A DNA stretch of 64,000 nt from an uncultured Poribacteria bacterium (GTDB taxonomy: Bacteria; Poribacteria; WGA-4E; WGA-3G). Under the pieces are notes generated by a model. The model worked only from the letters and a program-made list of their open reading frames with translations. It had not been told where the DNA came from and did not search any database. Both the position numbers and the translations under genes were made by a program. Within the stretch, counting starts at the first letter, position 1. Every line of letters begins with the position of its first letter. Below are positions 10,760-20,385 of this stretch, one piece after another. The stretch is from NCBI GenBank assembly GCA_958296135.2, contig CATQHZ020000002.1, forward strand, positions 32,001 to 96,000. The letters run 5' to 3'.

Positions 10760-11677
10760 TTAACCTAAACTATAAATTTTTGGATAATGAATTTCTAAAT
10801 CGAATATACATCTTATTGTATCTGTTGGCGAGTTTTCCGCATCTGGTAACATTCCCCATCGCGGTAAATTTACATTTCGTACGTCTGCTTGATATTTTCC
10901 CATTTCACCAAATGTGAATGCTTGACCAGGTTGTGGTGGCATGCCAGAAGGAGTATCTGATCTAGTTCGTATATCGCTTGGATCTAGTAATGATTCTAGA
11001 TCTTGAACAAAACCTGTAGCTAACTGATTAATAGTTTTATGATATTCTGGTTGATAATCTGATGGTAAACCAGTTAATCCGTTTATATTAATTGGTTGTA
11101 TAACATTACATAATTTCTTTTGATCTTCCCAATATTGTCCATTTCCAAGCCATGATTTTGGCATTTCCCCATCATTAACAGTCGGTCTCATTGGTAACTC
11201 TGGTTGTGGTTCTGATAAATCTCGAAATACGCAATCAATATTAACTCTTAAGTATTCTACCTGATAACCAAGCCTTGTTTCAGCTGGTCTAGTTCTTTGT
11301 GGCCAATAAAGATCTTTTTCACCACCATTTATATGTAAAAATGCAGATGGAGTTTTAAATATTGGATTTTTATCATCAAAAGTTCCGATACTACCCAAAA
11401 TTCCTGTAACATCAGAATTCTTAATTGGACGACAATATAATCGTCGGAGTGGAGTACTAAAATGACCATTTGATCTACGTGGTGCTAAGTATGATGTTTC
11501 ATCGTAAGTATTAGTTCCTATTGCAGCTAAAGCCGTATTTGATCCTATATCACGCAATCTATTTAAATCTTCATACCCAGCAATCTGATTCTGAAATGGT
11601 ACATCTGGTTCATCTATAATTAGATTGTCACAAAGTTGCTTTTCAATAAATAGAAGTATTGCTTCTCTAAATCCCAT
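10760..11677 (-). CDS. Tail completion/terminator-like virion protein
   Basis: Position within the tail module; no diagnostic motif recognised. Confidence 0.4.
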   Translation of the reverse strand: MGFREAILLFIEKQLCDNLIIDEPDVPFQNQIAGYEDLNRLRDIGSNTALAAIGTNTYDETSYLAPRRSNGHFSTPLRRLYCRPIKNSDVTGILGSIGTFDDKNPIFKTPSAFLHINGGEKDLYWPQRTRPAETRLGYQVEYLRVNIDCVFRDLSEPQPELPMRPTVNDGEMPKSWLGNGQYWEDQKKLCNVIQPININGLTGLPSDYQPEYHKTINQLATGFVQDLESLLDPSDIRTRSDTPSGMPPQPGQAFTFGEMGKYQADVRNVNLPRWGMLPDAENSPTDTIRCIFDLEIHYPKIYSLG

Positions 11678-11716
11678 TTAGTATCTCCTAGTAACAGTAT
11701 GCTTGCCATATCCTGT

Positions 11717-12169
11717 TCAAACTCGACGGTTAATTTGACGTGCGATATATTGTATGTATTCAGATTGGATTTCATTTATAGCTTCTCGAATTGCTGGCCG
11801 TAAGAATGGACGTGCTGGCATTCTACGAGTACCATGTTCGTGATATGGTGCGTATGGATTATTTGTTCCAAATAGTAACTCGTTTCTTGAAATTTGTAAT
11901 ACTGGATCATCTAGAAGTGACGCTTTTAAATCTCCTGTTTGTTCTAATATTGGAAGACCTTGATAACGCCGAGATCTTAAGGTTGATTCCTCTAATGGAG
12001 CCCAACCTGGACCCTCTTGTAGAAAAATATCACGTAATTTTCCCTTAATTATTGGAACAGCAACGGATCTCCAAAAGGGAGCAGTATTGGAGATCCGCGC
12101 GTCTATACGATCTAACTCCCTTCGGACTTCGTTTATTCCATCTATTGATATACGTATACTTAATGGCAT
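11717..12169 (-). CDS. Phage virion morphogenesis protein (HK97 gp10 / Mu G-like)
   Basis: Motifs WAPL..ST, TGDLKASL and GTNNPYAPYHEHGTRRMPARPFL. Confidence 0.85.
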   Translation of the reverse strand: MPLSIRISIDGINEVRRELDRIDARISNTAPFWRSVAVPIIKGKLRDIFLQEGPGWAPLEESTLRSRRYQGLPILEQTGDLKASLLDDPVLQISRNELLFGTNNPYAPYHEHGTRRMPARPFLRPAIREAINEIQSEYIQYIARQINRRV

Positions 12170-12184
12170 ATGAACTACCTACTA

Positions 12185-13693
12185 CTATGATAAATTAGCC
12201 AAAGATAAACTGGATGGTGTATGCCCAGTGCCGCCATAAGTAGTAATTTTTATAGCGTCGGTTTCACTTCCGCCTGATGGCAAGATTCTTCCCCGAACTG
12301 TTTGGCGAACGAAATCGTCACTTTCAACTGGAGTTGATGGATATTCAGTTAATTGAATTTTTGGAAAAGCGAATTTAGTTTCGCTTAGACCACCAACACC
12401 TACTAACGATAATTCTACATCTGTCCACGAATCAGCTTGCAAATAAGCCCTCGCAAAATCTGTATCGCTGCTATGATATTCTAAAGTAAGTTCAACTGTT
12501 GCTGTTCTTTGACGATTATAGACAACACCTGGATAAATATTTCCTAAACGATCGGTAAACTGAGTATTGTTATCAAAAGTTAATGAAATTCCAGTAACCT
12601 GATTAAAAACAGCTGGTGTTGAGCCATTGTCTGCTCGTAATGATGCATTATAACCAGCATATGGAGTGTTATCATCTTGTAATGTAGCGAAATTGCCAGT
12701 TCCATAAGGACCTGTAGCACTACCTCCTCTGGAATTATCAGCAAATGGAGCCGCATTGCCAGCCGGATTTATATTTGGTTCGAATAATCGTCCGACTACC
12801 CCAAACGTACTAGTTACAATCTCTTCACGAGTCGCGCTAAATTCAAATGAACTAATATAAGCATCTGTTACAGTATTAACTGTTCCACCATTACCAGCCG
12901 AATCTAGCCTTCCAGTAACAACTTCCATAGTCATTCCTGGCGTAATTCTATAGTCTGGATCCGATGAAATTTCAACACCTTTTCTGTTTGAAGTTCCAGT
13001 AATTGTAAACCCTCCAGCACCAGCAGTAGCACCTGGCGGATAACTGACAGTCACAGAATTAACTTTATAGAAATAACCACTAGTAGTTGCATCAGTACCA
13101 ATAGCACTCGCAGTAATAGCAACAGATTCTGTGAATACGGCACCGCCATAATCTTCACCAGTTATAGTCACAGTAAGAGGGTTAGTAGGTCCTAAAGTAA
13201 CTCCTGTTAAACTAGCAGCGGTGGCTGCTACAGTAACAGTTAATTGAATTGGACCTTGATCTTGATCAATTTGAGTACTAGCTGGAATACTAGTTCTAAC
13301 AGAAAAATCGCCAGACGCTACAATAGTTTGTGGAGTTCCATCTCCAATTCCAAGTCCACTTGCAGGCTGAATTCCTGATGTTGGAGCGTTTAATAATTGT
13401 CGAAAAAATAGTTCCTGTCTTAATGGTAATGCGTCAATGACGAAATTACCCGCAATACTTAATGGTCCTGGAACCCCTTCAAATTGTTCAATCGTAGTTG
13501 GAATAACTCCTGGCTCTAATAGTGTGCTTGTGGGAACAATTGTCATTGAGTTCACTGCAACCTTATATTTAGAAAAGTCGTCAGCATCAGTAATTTTTAT
13601 TCCTGAAATTAATTGTTCAGCCATCTTAAGATGAGATCCTATTCCAAATGTAAGGGTTGAAGCTAAACCAGCACCTGATACATTAATTGGCAT
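12185..13693 (-). CDS. Major tail (tube) protein
   Basis: 502 aa, T/G/S-rich beta protein with an inserted Ig-like segment, located in the tail module. Confidence 0.7.
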   Translation of the reverse strand: MPINVSGAGLASTLTFGIGSHLKMAEQLISGIKITDADDFSKYKVAVNSMTIVPTSTLLEPGVIPTTIEQFEGVPGPLSIAGNFVIDALPLRQELFFRQLLNAPTSGIQPASGLGIGDGTPQTIVASGDFSVRTSIPASTQIDQDQGPIQLTVTVAATAASLTGVTLGPTNPLTVTITGEDYGGAVFTESVAITASAIGTDATTSGYFYKVNSVTVSYPPGATAGAGGFTITGTSNRKGVEISSDPDYRITPGMTMEVVTGRLDSAGNGGTVNTVTDAYISSFEFSATREEIVTSTFGVVGRLFEPNINPAGNAAPFADNSRGGSATGPYGTGNFATLQDDNTPYAGYNASLRADNGSTPAVFNQVTGISLTFDNNTQFTDRLGNIYPGVVYNRQRTATVELTLEYHSSDTDFARAYLQADSWTDVELSLVGVGGLSETKFAFPKIQLTEYPSTPVESDDFVRQTVRGRILPSGGSETDAIKITTYGGTGHTPSSLSLANLS

Positions 13694-13716
13694 TTGTTTG
13701 TCTCTCCATTTTATAT

Positions 13717-14070
13717 TTATCGGACCGGTCTATTTTGGTCCTTAAGTTGTAATTGTTGTTTTCCAGCAACAACCGCTATGTTTTCAACTGTCAATACCTG
13801 CAGTTGTCCACTTGAAGCACCACGTTGCGTAGTCGCATTAAGTGGCTGACGCGTTATTAAATCGTTTATCTGAATGTCAAAATTAGGTGGATCAATATTG
13901 CCAATGTAACGAAGATCTTGGGCAACAAATCCTTCTGGCTCAAGACGGGGTCGTAGATCTTCTAGTATAATTATTCGCTGATCCGTCTTTTCATAGTCAG
14001 GATCTGGGTTGCGCGAACCTGTTATAAGAACTATTTCTTCTAATTGACGGAGAAATCGACCTCGTCTCAT
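13717..14070 (-). CDS. Head closure / head-tail joining-like protein
   Basis: 117 aa with DIQINDLI..LQVLTVE pattern, upstream of the tail tube gene. Confidence 0.45.
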   Translation of the reverse strand: MRRGRFLRQLEEIVLITGSRNPDPDYEKTDQRIIILEDLRPRLEPEGFVAQDLRYIGNIDPPNFDIQINDLITRQPLNATTQRGASSGQLQVLTVENIAVVAGKQQLQLKDQNRPVR

Positions 14071-14075
14071 AATTA

Positions 14076-14157
14076 TTACCGTTTTAAGTAGTCGGGCTGA
14101 TATAATCAGCGTTTCAAATAATCTGGCGGCTATAAATTACCGTTTTAAATAGTCTGG
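14076..14157 (-). repeat. Three 21-nt copies of the terminase 3' end, each encoding PDYLKR-stop
   Basis: Minus strand: CCAGACTATTTAAAACGGTAA (14137-14157), CCAGATTATTTGAAACGCTGA (14106-14126), CCCGACTACTTAAAACGGTAA (14076-14096). Confidence 0.85.
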
Positions 14158-15561
14158 CAAATTATTTGCCGGTGATATTGATCCTGTTATTGAAATATAA
14201 GGAACATAATCGGTTTGTTTAATCACGTAGCGTACAACATCAAGTCCATCATCATGTAACTTAATTGGAATTTCGTCTTGTAGCGATCCGTTATGTTTAT
14301 CGGGATCTTTGTGGACATAACGTTCGATCTCTTCTGTAGTTCTTGTCGGAAAGTTTTTCTCTACTTGAGAGTAATCGGGTTCGTGATCACGAGAATTCTT
14401 GTTAAAAAATAACTGATTTGCTGAAAACCGTTTTTTTGTTAAGTTAATTCCTGGTAGAACTTCTTTATCAGCATTCTTTATTGGAAGCCCCATTTTTGCT
14501 AATGATTTATTAACTTCCGGCTTATGATCTGCGACTACCCATTCTAAGTCCTCACCTTCTGGTATGTATGAAGCGTTTAACTCGAAGATTTCCTCTCGCA
14601 TTTGGTCAACATCGAGTCCGGTCTTATAGATCTCTTTGTATAAGTAGATCTCTGAATAATCTTCTGGACCACAAAAAAGACTGTAAACGAATGGATGACG
14701 CTCACCATAATCGATTCCACCATACCAAATCCAGTCTTGATCTGATTCGAATCTGCGTCTGTCTATTTCTTCTTCTTCTAAATCATGTAATTCTGGAACG
14801 TAGTAGTCACCATAAACAGTGCCTTCTGCTGAACACCATTCTCCTAAATATCCTCTTCGATATTCGATTCCTACCAAGTTATTCTTTAAATCTTCTATTG
14901 TTTGTAATCCCAACGCTGTCCATTTGCCATCGTAAAATAATGTTGGGTTATCACTGTGAGTTACAGTGATCATTTCTAAAAGACCATCTGCTTGAAGACG
15001 CTTTAAAAAATGTTTTCGATAACTTGGATTACATTCACCTAGTAAAAGTCCTCGTTGAATACCATTATCGATCCAGCCACCACGCCGACCATTACATCGA
15101 CGACCTAAGCGTTGCCAAAATTCAAAATCCGCTTGCTCACATTGACTGTAGAAAGCTACATCCCATTCTGTACCTAGCACTTTTCCACTATCGTCCTCGC
15201 CACCGAAAACCATTTTACCACCATTGAAATATTCTAGATGTGTTGGCGTTCGACGACCATTATGTGGATGAACTGGGTTTGCTGATCGATTGTCTAACCC
15301 AAATGGTAAGATTTTATCTGCAAATTGCGGTAATATTGAATTATACACCGTTGTTTTTTCTTTACGCAAGATAATACTTTGTAAACCTGGTATCTTCATG
15401 TGGAGCGCGTGAACGTATGCCATACACGAAAATGTTTTCGCACACTGATATGGCGAATCCAAAACGACTGTTCTGCTCTTTGTCCGAAACATTTGCTTGA
15501 TCTTTTCGCTTTGAACTGGTATAACAGAAGGATGAAACATTGGATACCGAGATTTATTCAT
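14137..15561 (-). CDS. terL: Terminase large subunit (PBSX-like)
   Basis: ATPase region (SPYQCAKT, ECNP, DNP, GEW) and RNase H-like nuclease region (GGIDYG, ADH, DDGLDVVRY). Confidence 0.9.
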   Translation of the reverse strand: MNKSRYPMFHPSVIPVQSEKIKQMFRTKSRTVVLDSPYQCAKTFSCMAYVHALHMKIPGLQSIILRKEKTTVYNSILPQFADKILPFGLDNRSANPVHPHNGRRTPTHLEYFNGGKMVFGGEDDSGKVLGTEWDVAFYSQCEQADFEFWQRLGRRCNGRRGGWIDNGIQRGLLLGECNPSYRKHFLKRLQADGLLEMITVTHSDNPTLFYDGKWTALGLQTIEDLKNNLVGIEYRRGYLGEWCSAEGTVYGDYYVPELHDLEEEEIDRRRFESDQDWIWYGGIDYGERHPFVYSLFCGPEDYSEIYLYKEIYKTGLDVDQMREEIFELNASYIPEGEDLEWVVADHKPEVNKSLAKMGLPIKNADKEVLPGINLTKKRFSANQLFFNKNSRDHEPDYSQVEKNFPTRTTEEIERYVHKDPDKHNGSLQDEIPIKLHDDGLDVVRYVIKQTDYVPYISITGSISPANNLPDYLKR

Positions 15562-15994
15562 CTAAGAAATCCCCCATCTGCTTTTCTGCGTCTGTTTCTG
15601 GCATATTAAACCCATCATCACCTATATTGTGATTAAGATTTGATGTATTAACTGTATAACCTAAGTTTTTTGCAATTTGTAGAAATGTCGGTATATCGAT
15701 CAATGGAACATCCGTTTCTAGAGTTTCGTCTTGCTCAATGCGCTTATTAACTAGTCCTTCTAAATATTCACGAGAACGTTTATCTGTTCCTTTTAATAAG
15801 TCACAAGGATTGACTTCTAGTGCTCGAGCTAGTTTTACTAGCTTCTTTGCTGTAATCTGAGATTTTCCATTGACCCAACGATTAATCATTACTGATGAAC
15901 ATGGAACCATTGCCGCTAATGATTTTTGAGTTAATCCTTTGTTTTTAATTATACGTTTAAGATAACTTCGATTAACACTATAAGCTTTTATCAT
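15554..15994 (-). CDS. XRE/Cro-type HTH protein in the terminase small subunit position
   Basis: GLTQKSLAAMVPCSSVMINRWVNG HTH; stop overlaps the terL start; start placed at MIKAY behind GGAGGA. Confidence 0.7.
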   Translation of the reverse strand: MIKAYSVNRSYLKRIIKNKGLTQKSLAAMVPCSSVMINRWVNGKSQITAKKLVKLARALEVNPCDLLKGTDKRSREYLEGLVNKRIEQDETLETDVPLIDIPTFLQIAKNLGYTVNTSNLNHNIGDDGFNMPETDAEKQMGDFLDE

Positions 15995-16409
15995 AGAATG
16001 ATCCTCCATGTTTAATAAAATGATATATTCTTTTGTAATAAAGAGTACCTGGATCACGCAGAAAATTCAAAATAAATTAAAATTGGTAGTTTTGAAAGAG
16101 TGTACCATGAAAATCTGGTTTCTTAAAAAAAATATAGAATCTTGGTTACAAGAACATGATTGAAAATTAGAAATTGGCAACAAAAATATGTTAAAATTAA
16201 AAAAAGGCAAGAAAAAAGGGAGAAATCCGCAAATTAATGCAGACTTCTCCCTGAATCGGTGATTAACGCCACCCCAAAACTCCGTTCCCCTGTCATACGC
16301 CTCAATTTGGATTGGATCACCAAATAATGCCACCCTGGCAGTTTTTAGACCGATTTAAGTGACATCTAGATATCCCAATTTCGCTAATTTTTTTGGGCTT
16401 ATTATTTAT

Positions 16410-16945
16410 TGGTCACAAAAAAGAGGTTGTATTTGGGTTTTTGACTCCAAAATCCTTGCGAAGCCCTCAGCCGCACAAGTTGTGCAAGTTCGTTTAAGTC
16501 GTGGTGCAAGTTGCAGCCCTCAGCCGCACAAGTAGGGCAAGTTTTCTAAGTTTTTCCGTATCTCCCCAGCGGCTGGGATATTTTTGTGAGAGGAGCCCAC
16601 AAGCATAAGAAATTATATATTATATATTTTTTAAAAGCTATATATATACTTGCAAACTTGCACAACTTGTGCGGCTGAGGGCTCCAACTTGCTTCGAACT
16701 TGCACAACCTTTGCGCTCGAGGGCTTCGCAGTGCTTTTTTTCATCAAAATTTCAGAGTTAACTCCAAAATCAACAGGATTTTCATTGGAGTTAACATGAT
16801 TTTGTGAAAATTTTCTCCAAAAATTTGAAAAGTTTTCATACAACGACCTGTTTTTTAACGCCCTTGATTAGACTTTGTGGCTGAGGGTCCCGACAACCTC
16901 TTTAAAAAAACATCCCCCTACAGAAAAGTGTTCCCAAATCGACGA
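16410..16945. repeat. Origin-like iteron element, copy A (inverted repeat of about 37833-38366)
   Basis: CCCTCAGCCGCACAAGT at 16464 and 16517, inverted at 16665, degenerate at about 16709 and 16873, around an AT-rich core at about 16607-16650. Confidence 0.8.
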
Positions 16946-16965
16946 TTTTTTCAAGATATCAAGTT

Positions 16966-17370
16966 TCATTCAAAGTCGTATAACTTGAAATTTTCGTCTA
17001 ACTTGAAATTAAGATACGGCTTTGGATCAACTTCAACTAAGCCATGAAAATCATGAATTTTGGTATAACCAGGCTTGAAAAGAACTTGAACTTTTCCAAA
17101 TCCTTTTAGTTCGATAATTTTGCGATCGAGTAAGTGATTTGTAATTTGATTGTAGTCTTCTTTTTTGCGTGTTGAATCAAAATAGAAGATATCCCAGATA
17201 ATATTTTTAAGATCTATGTCTGGTTCGAATTCAATTGTTCCGTTAACAAGAGAAAAACGACCTAGATCGTCAAATCTAGCCCGCTTTCCTTCCAGTAATA
17301 CTCGTTTTAGTTGATTTGGATCAACCATTCTGTATGTGACTTTTCTATTCATTATTATAATTCCTCGCAA
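16966..17370 (-). CDS. Hypothetical protein
   Basis: 134 aa ORF in a tightly packed operon. Confidence 0.6.
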   Translation of the reverse strand: MRGIIIMNRKVTYRMVDPNQLKRVLLEGKRARFDDLGRFSLVNGTIEFEPDIDLKNIIWDIFYFDSTRKKEDYNQITNHLLDRKIIELKGFGKVQVLFKPGYTKIHDFHGLVEVDPKPYLNFKLDENFKLYDFE

Positions 17371-17647
17371 ATTCTATTATTTTGTCAAATGTATCTTTAG
17401 TGAGCCAAGGTGAATTACAGCAACCGCAATTTGTTCCTTTTAATATAAGGAGAAGTTTTATTATGCCAGCAGTTTGAAGATCTGTTATCTTCAAAGATCC
17501 AGCACTTGTAACTTCATATTCTTTTTTCTGACGCTTAAGTTCAAGAATTCTTTGATCGATATTTTCAACCTTCTGCAATTCGTAATGAAAGCCGTCAATT
17601 AGTTCGTGCCAGTTATCTTCAATTTTTATAAATAGTTTCTTACTCAT
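17345..17647 (-). CDS. Hypothetical protein
   Basis: 100 aa ORF overlapping its neighbours; AGGAG RBS. Confidence 0.6.
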   Translation of the reverse strand: MSKKLFIKIEDNWHELIDGFHYELQKVENIDQRILELKRQKKEYEVTSAGSLKITDLQTAGIIKLLLILKGTNCGCCNSPWLTKDTFDKIIEFARNYNNE

Positions 17648-17789
17648 TTTTATTTTTCTCCTTCAAGTTCTTTATCGCCTTCTTCACTTTTCTGTGATCA
17701 TAATAAGCTAATGCTGCTCCAACTAAAGAGCTAATGATACCCACTACAATAAGTATCGCAAACGACCAATAAACTAATTTTAGTGACAT
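17640..17789 (-). CDS. Small single-pass membrane protein (49 aa)
   Basis: Not in the track; MSLKLVYWSFAILIVVGIISSLVGAALAYYDHRKVKK..., GGAGG RBS. Confidence 0.55.
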   Translation of the reverse strand: MSLKLVYWSFAILIVVGIISSLVGAALAYYDHRKVKKAIKNLKEKNKNE

Positions 17790-17814
17790 GATATGACCTC
17801 CATGATCCTTTGGA

Positions 17815-18060
17815 TCAATACGTATGACGTTTCATTGTTCCTTGAATACCTTGAGATTTTCTACGCTTATTTCGGCATTCTTCCCAATGAATCGCCCGTT
17901 GTAAATGATATATTACGCATTCGTTCTCGTAACATGGTAATACCTCATTCAAATATCTAACTCTATCAAGAGTTTCTTGAATTACATCTTCTACTCGAAG
18001 TCCCTTCCGTTCAACTTTATTCCAGTCAGTTAAGTTTTGTTCAGCAAGTTTTTTATTCAT
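17815..18060 (-). CDS. Tad1-like anti-defence signal-sponge protein
   Basis: GLRVEDVIQETLDRV..PCYENECVIYHLQRAIHW...R..R..QGIQGT follows the Tad1 C-terminal pattern (G..ED..DR..REN..AL.W..R...R....GT) as recalled; not verified by search. Confidence 0.6.
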   Translation of the reverse strand: MNKKLAEQNLTDWNKVERKGLRVEDVIQETLDRVRYLNEVLPCYENECVIYHLQRAIHWEECRNKRRKSQGIQGTMKRHTY

Positions 18061-18478
18061 GATTCCACTCCAAATCGCCAGCGAACGTTAATCCTAGTTC
18101 TTTAGCCCATGCACGAGCATAGTTGTCTGCTATTTGAAATACGATTTCTTTTAGAGCCTCATTATAATTATCAACATCTTCTTTTGTGACTACTGTTCGG
18201 CCCCAAAGATTGTGACCAATGAAGATCAGCTTCACATGATCTTCCGACACTTTTTCAGCTTCGGAAACATGTCTATTATATTTACGATAGAAATTTTCAT
18301 GCATTCCAACTGTAATCTCGTTCCACGCGTCCTCGAACCCCAAACACCCAATTGAAAATTCCATTGATTTCGGATCTGTCATTTCCATGAACTCGATCCC
18401 GTCCGCCAAAAGTTGGTGAGTATTACTGCTTACCCAATCTTCGTTTATAGTTGGCAGATGTATAAATAAATCTGTCAT
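18053..18478 (-). CDS. Hypothetical protein
   Basis: 141 aa, AGGAG RBS, first gene behind a class II promoter. Confidence 0.65.
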   Translation of the reverse strand: MTDLFIHLPTINEDWVSSNTHQLLADGIEFMEMTDPKSMEFSIGCLGFEDAWNEITVGMHENFYRKYNRHVSEAEKVSEDHVKLIFIGHNLWGRTVVTKEDVDNYNEALKEIVFQIADNYARAWAKELGLTFAGDLEWNHE

Positions 18479-18501
18479 TATTTTGCTCCTTTTTGTTCCT
18501 T

Positions 18502-18544
18502 TATATTATTAAAATATTAAATTTTCAAGGGCATTTAAATCCAA
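18502..18544 (-). promoter_or_regulatory. Class II repeated promoter-like element, copy 1 of 5
   Basis: Minus strand TTGGATTTAAA-N5-TTGAAAATTTAATATTTTAATAATATA; same element at 41631, 47224, 53452 and 61661. Confidence 0.75.
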
Positions 18545-18971
18545 ATAAATAAATATTTAATATTGAAAATATATTTCTGGTCGTTTAAATCCAAGCGACC
18601 AATATTTTTTATTGAAATGTTTTCAATTGGCGATTTAAATCCAATAAAATGTTTCATTGAAAAAAGTTGAAAAATTTGTTTGCAAAAATTTGGGATCCTG
18701 GTTTATATTATACAAGTAAATGTTTTTCGTCGGATATATCAAGATTGAATTAGATATATTGGATTGATCTCAAAAAGTTGATTTAGGATTTTTACAGGCA
18801 AATTACTAACCGGATTAGGAGTCCCACGTTTTCAAATAGGATTATAACAACATCATCAATGGCAGATGTCTGATCCAACAGCCCATGTTATTGATCTTGA
18901 TTAACATCTTGATTGTAAGGATCATAACCCTGATGGATGTTAGACAATCGATCCCTGTTAACAAAAAATAA

Positions 18972-18995
18972 AGGACCGGAATCCGCTCCGGCCCT
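18972..18995 (-). terminator. GCGGAU-loop hairpin with U-tract closing the island
   Basis: AGGGCCGGA-GCGGAT-TCCGGTCCT followed by TTATTTTTTG on the minus strand. Confidence 0.65.
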
Positions 18996-19027
18996 CTACT
19001 CTGATCGTTATGATCAATCACTCCCTG

Positions 19028-19525
19028 TTAGCAGACTATGGTCACCTCCTGATCTTCGCCGAACAACACCTCCCTGATGATCATGCCAGCCATCTCGATA
19101 TGATAGCCAACAACCTTGTCAGACTCATAATAGCAACAGGGCTTGATGATCCCTAAGAACTGAAGCTGATTGATCGCACAATCCATCGCCTGATAATAAG
19201 TCGGGAGATTCGGATCGACCTTATCATCAAAGTCCTTGATTGTATATCGACATAACCGGTTAAGATCCCGATCATCCCTGTCGGTCGCCTTGATCAACTC
19301 CTCCTCTAGTTCGCGCGGGCTGACCAGATCGGATCCTAATTTAGTCACCGCCTGGACGATATATCCCACAAGATCGGTTGGATTTTTCACATCCCTGATC
19401 CAGTGGGGGAGCTCATCTATCAATGTTGCCGCTTGATCCGCTTTGATGATCGCATTGACGATCCGCTGATCTTCGGTCACAATTATCAACTCGTTGCTCT
19501 TGTGATCAAATATTGGGGTTGTCAT
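19028..19525 (-). CDS. Island family A, winged-helix-like protein
   Basis: C-terminal AINQLQFLGII..GYHIEMAGMIIREVLF is shared with 19608, 24319, 25904 and 29426. Confidence 0.6.
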   Translation of the reverse strand: MTTPIFDHKSNELIIVTEDQRIVNAIIKADQAATLIDELPHWIRDVKNPTDLVGYIVQAVTKLGSDLVSPRELEEELIKATDRDDRDLNRLCRYTIKDFDDKVDPNLPTYYQAMDCAINQLQFLGIIKPCCYYESDKVVGYHIEMAGMIIREVLFGEDQEVTIVC

Positions 19526-19607
19526 TATATTCTCCTGTCGGACTCTAAATTTTAGGGCTTGATTGGGAGAGGATCAACATCCGCGCTGATCCCCTCCGAC
19601 ATCATGA

Positions 19608-20141
19608 TTAGGCTCTTATTGTGACCTCTTGAGCTGTCCCAAAGGACAACTCCTTGAGGACACGGCCAGCTATCAGGAGCCTGACGCCTGTCGCCTCATA
19701 TCGATAGCGATCATGGGGGACAGGATCGGATAGCTCCTCAAAATCAGTCCTGATCAACTCCTGGATATCAAGCAAGGATAGTCCGTGCAAGACAGCCTGA
19801 TCGATCGGATCATCATAGATCTGAGGTTCCTCATATAGATCCTCAAGATCTTGGGACGCCAACTGGGATAGCAGATCCATTCGACCCTGATAGCGAGCCT
19901 CAAGATCAGCCTTGATCTCATCGACGGTGACAAGATCCTGATCGCTTTGGAGGACAACGCTTGTTAGAACGTCATGGAACAGCTCCGGATTGATCATCGC
20001 AGCCACCGTTGTGGGATCTGCAACATCCTCAATGTTTTTGACATCAAACTCATCAACGCTGTTGACGGTGACGAGTCTATTGCTGTTGGGAGGGCTGATC
20101 CTCATTTGAAAGAGAGGATCAACATTGATTTGATAAGACAT
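19608..20141 (-). CDS. Island family A, winged-helix-like protein
   Basis: Start moved to MSYQINVD (AGGAG RBS) because the longer track ORF runs through a promoter and hairpin; C-terminal AGRVLKELSFG. Confidence 0.65.
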   Translation of the reverse strand: MSYQINVDPLFQMRISPPNSNRLVTVNSVDEFDVKNIEDVADPTTVAAMINPELFHDVLTSVVLQSDQDLVTVDEIKADLEARYQGRMDLLSQLASQDLEDLYEEPQIYDDPIDQAVLHGLSLLDIQELIRTDFEELSDPVPHDRYRYEATGVRLLIAGRVLKELSFGTAQEVTIRA

Positions 20142-20251
20142 TATATACTCCTGCTTGATTGGATCTTTATGATCCTTTATTGATTTGTTTGATCTATCAT
20201 ATGTTGGATCAATTATTTGATCCGTCAGGAGAGCGACTCCTTGCCGCCCCC

Positions 20252-20301
20252 CTCCTATATATAATATAGGCGATCGACCGTTGATTTCAGATCGAACATC
20301 C
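20252..20301 (-). promoter_or_regulatory. Class I repeated promoter, copy 1 of 16
   Basis: Slightly diverged match to the 50-bp minus-strand consensus GG(A/T)TGTC(T/C)GATCTGATAAC-N14-TATATTATATATAGGAG. Confidence 0.75.
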
Positions 20302-20385
20302 AATTTTTTTTGGAGCGGACATCCGATCCAGCTGATTGTGATGAGAGGACCGGATCCGCCCGATCCCCTCAACAGCTTGATGATC

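Noticed and set aside
16067-16843. Short ORFs 16067..16333 and 16631..16843, and likewise 37809..37994 and 38006..38221
   Set aside because: They lie in or beside the non-coding iteron repeats, lack an RBS and have atypical composition.
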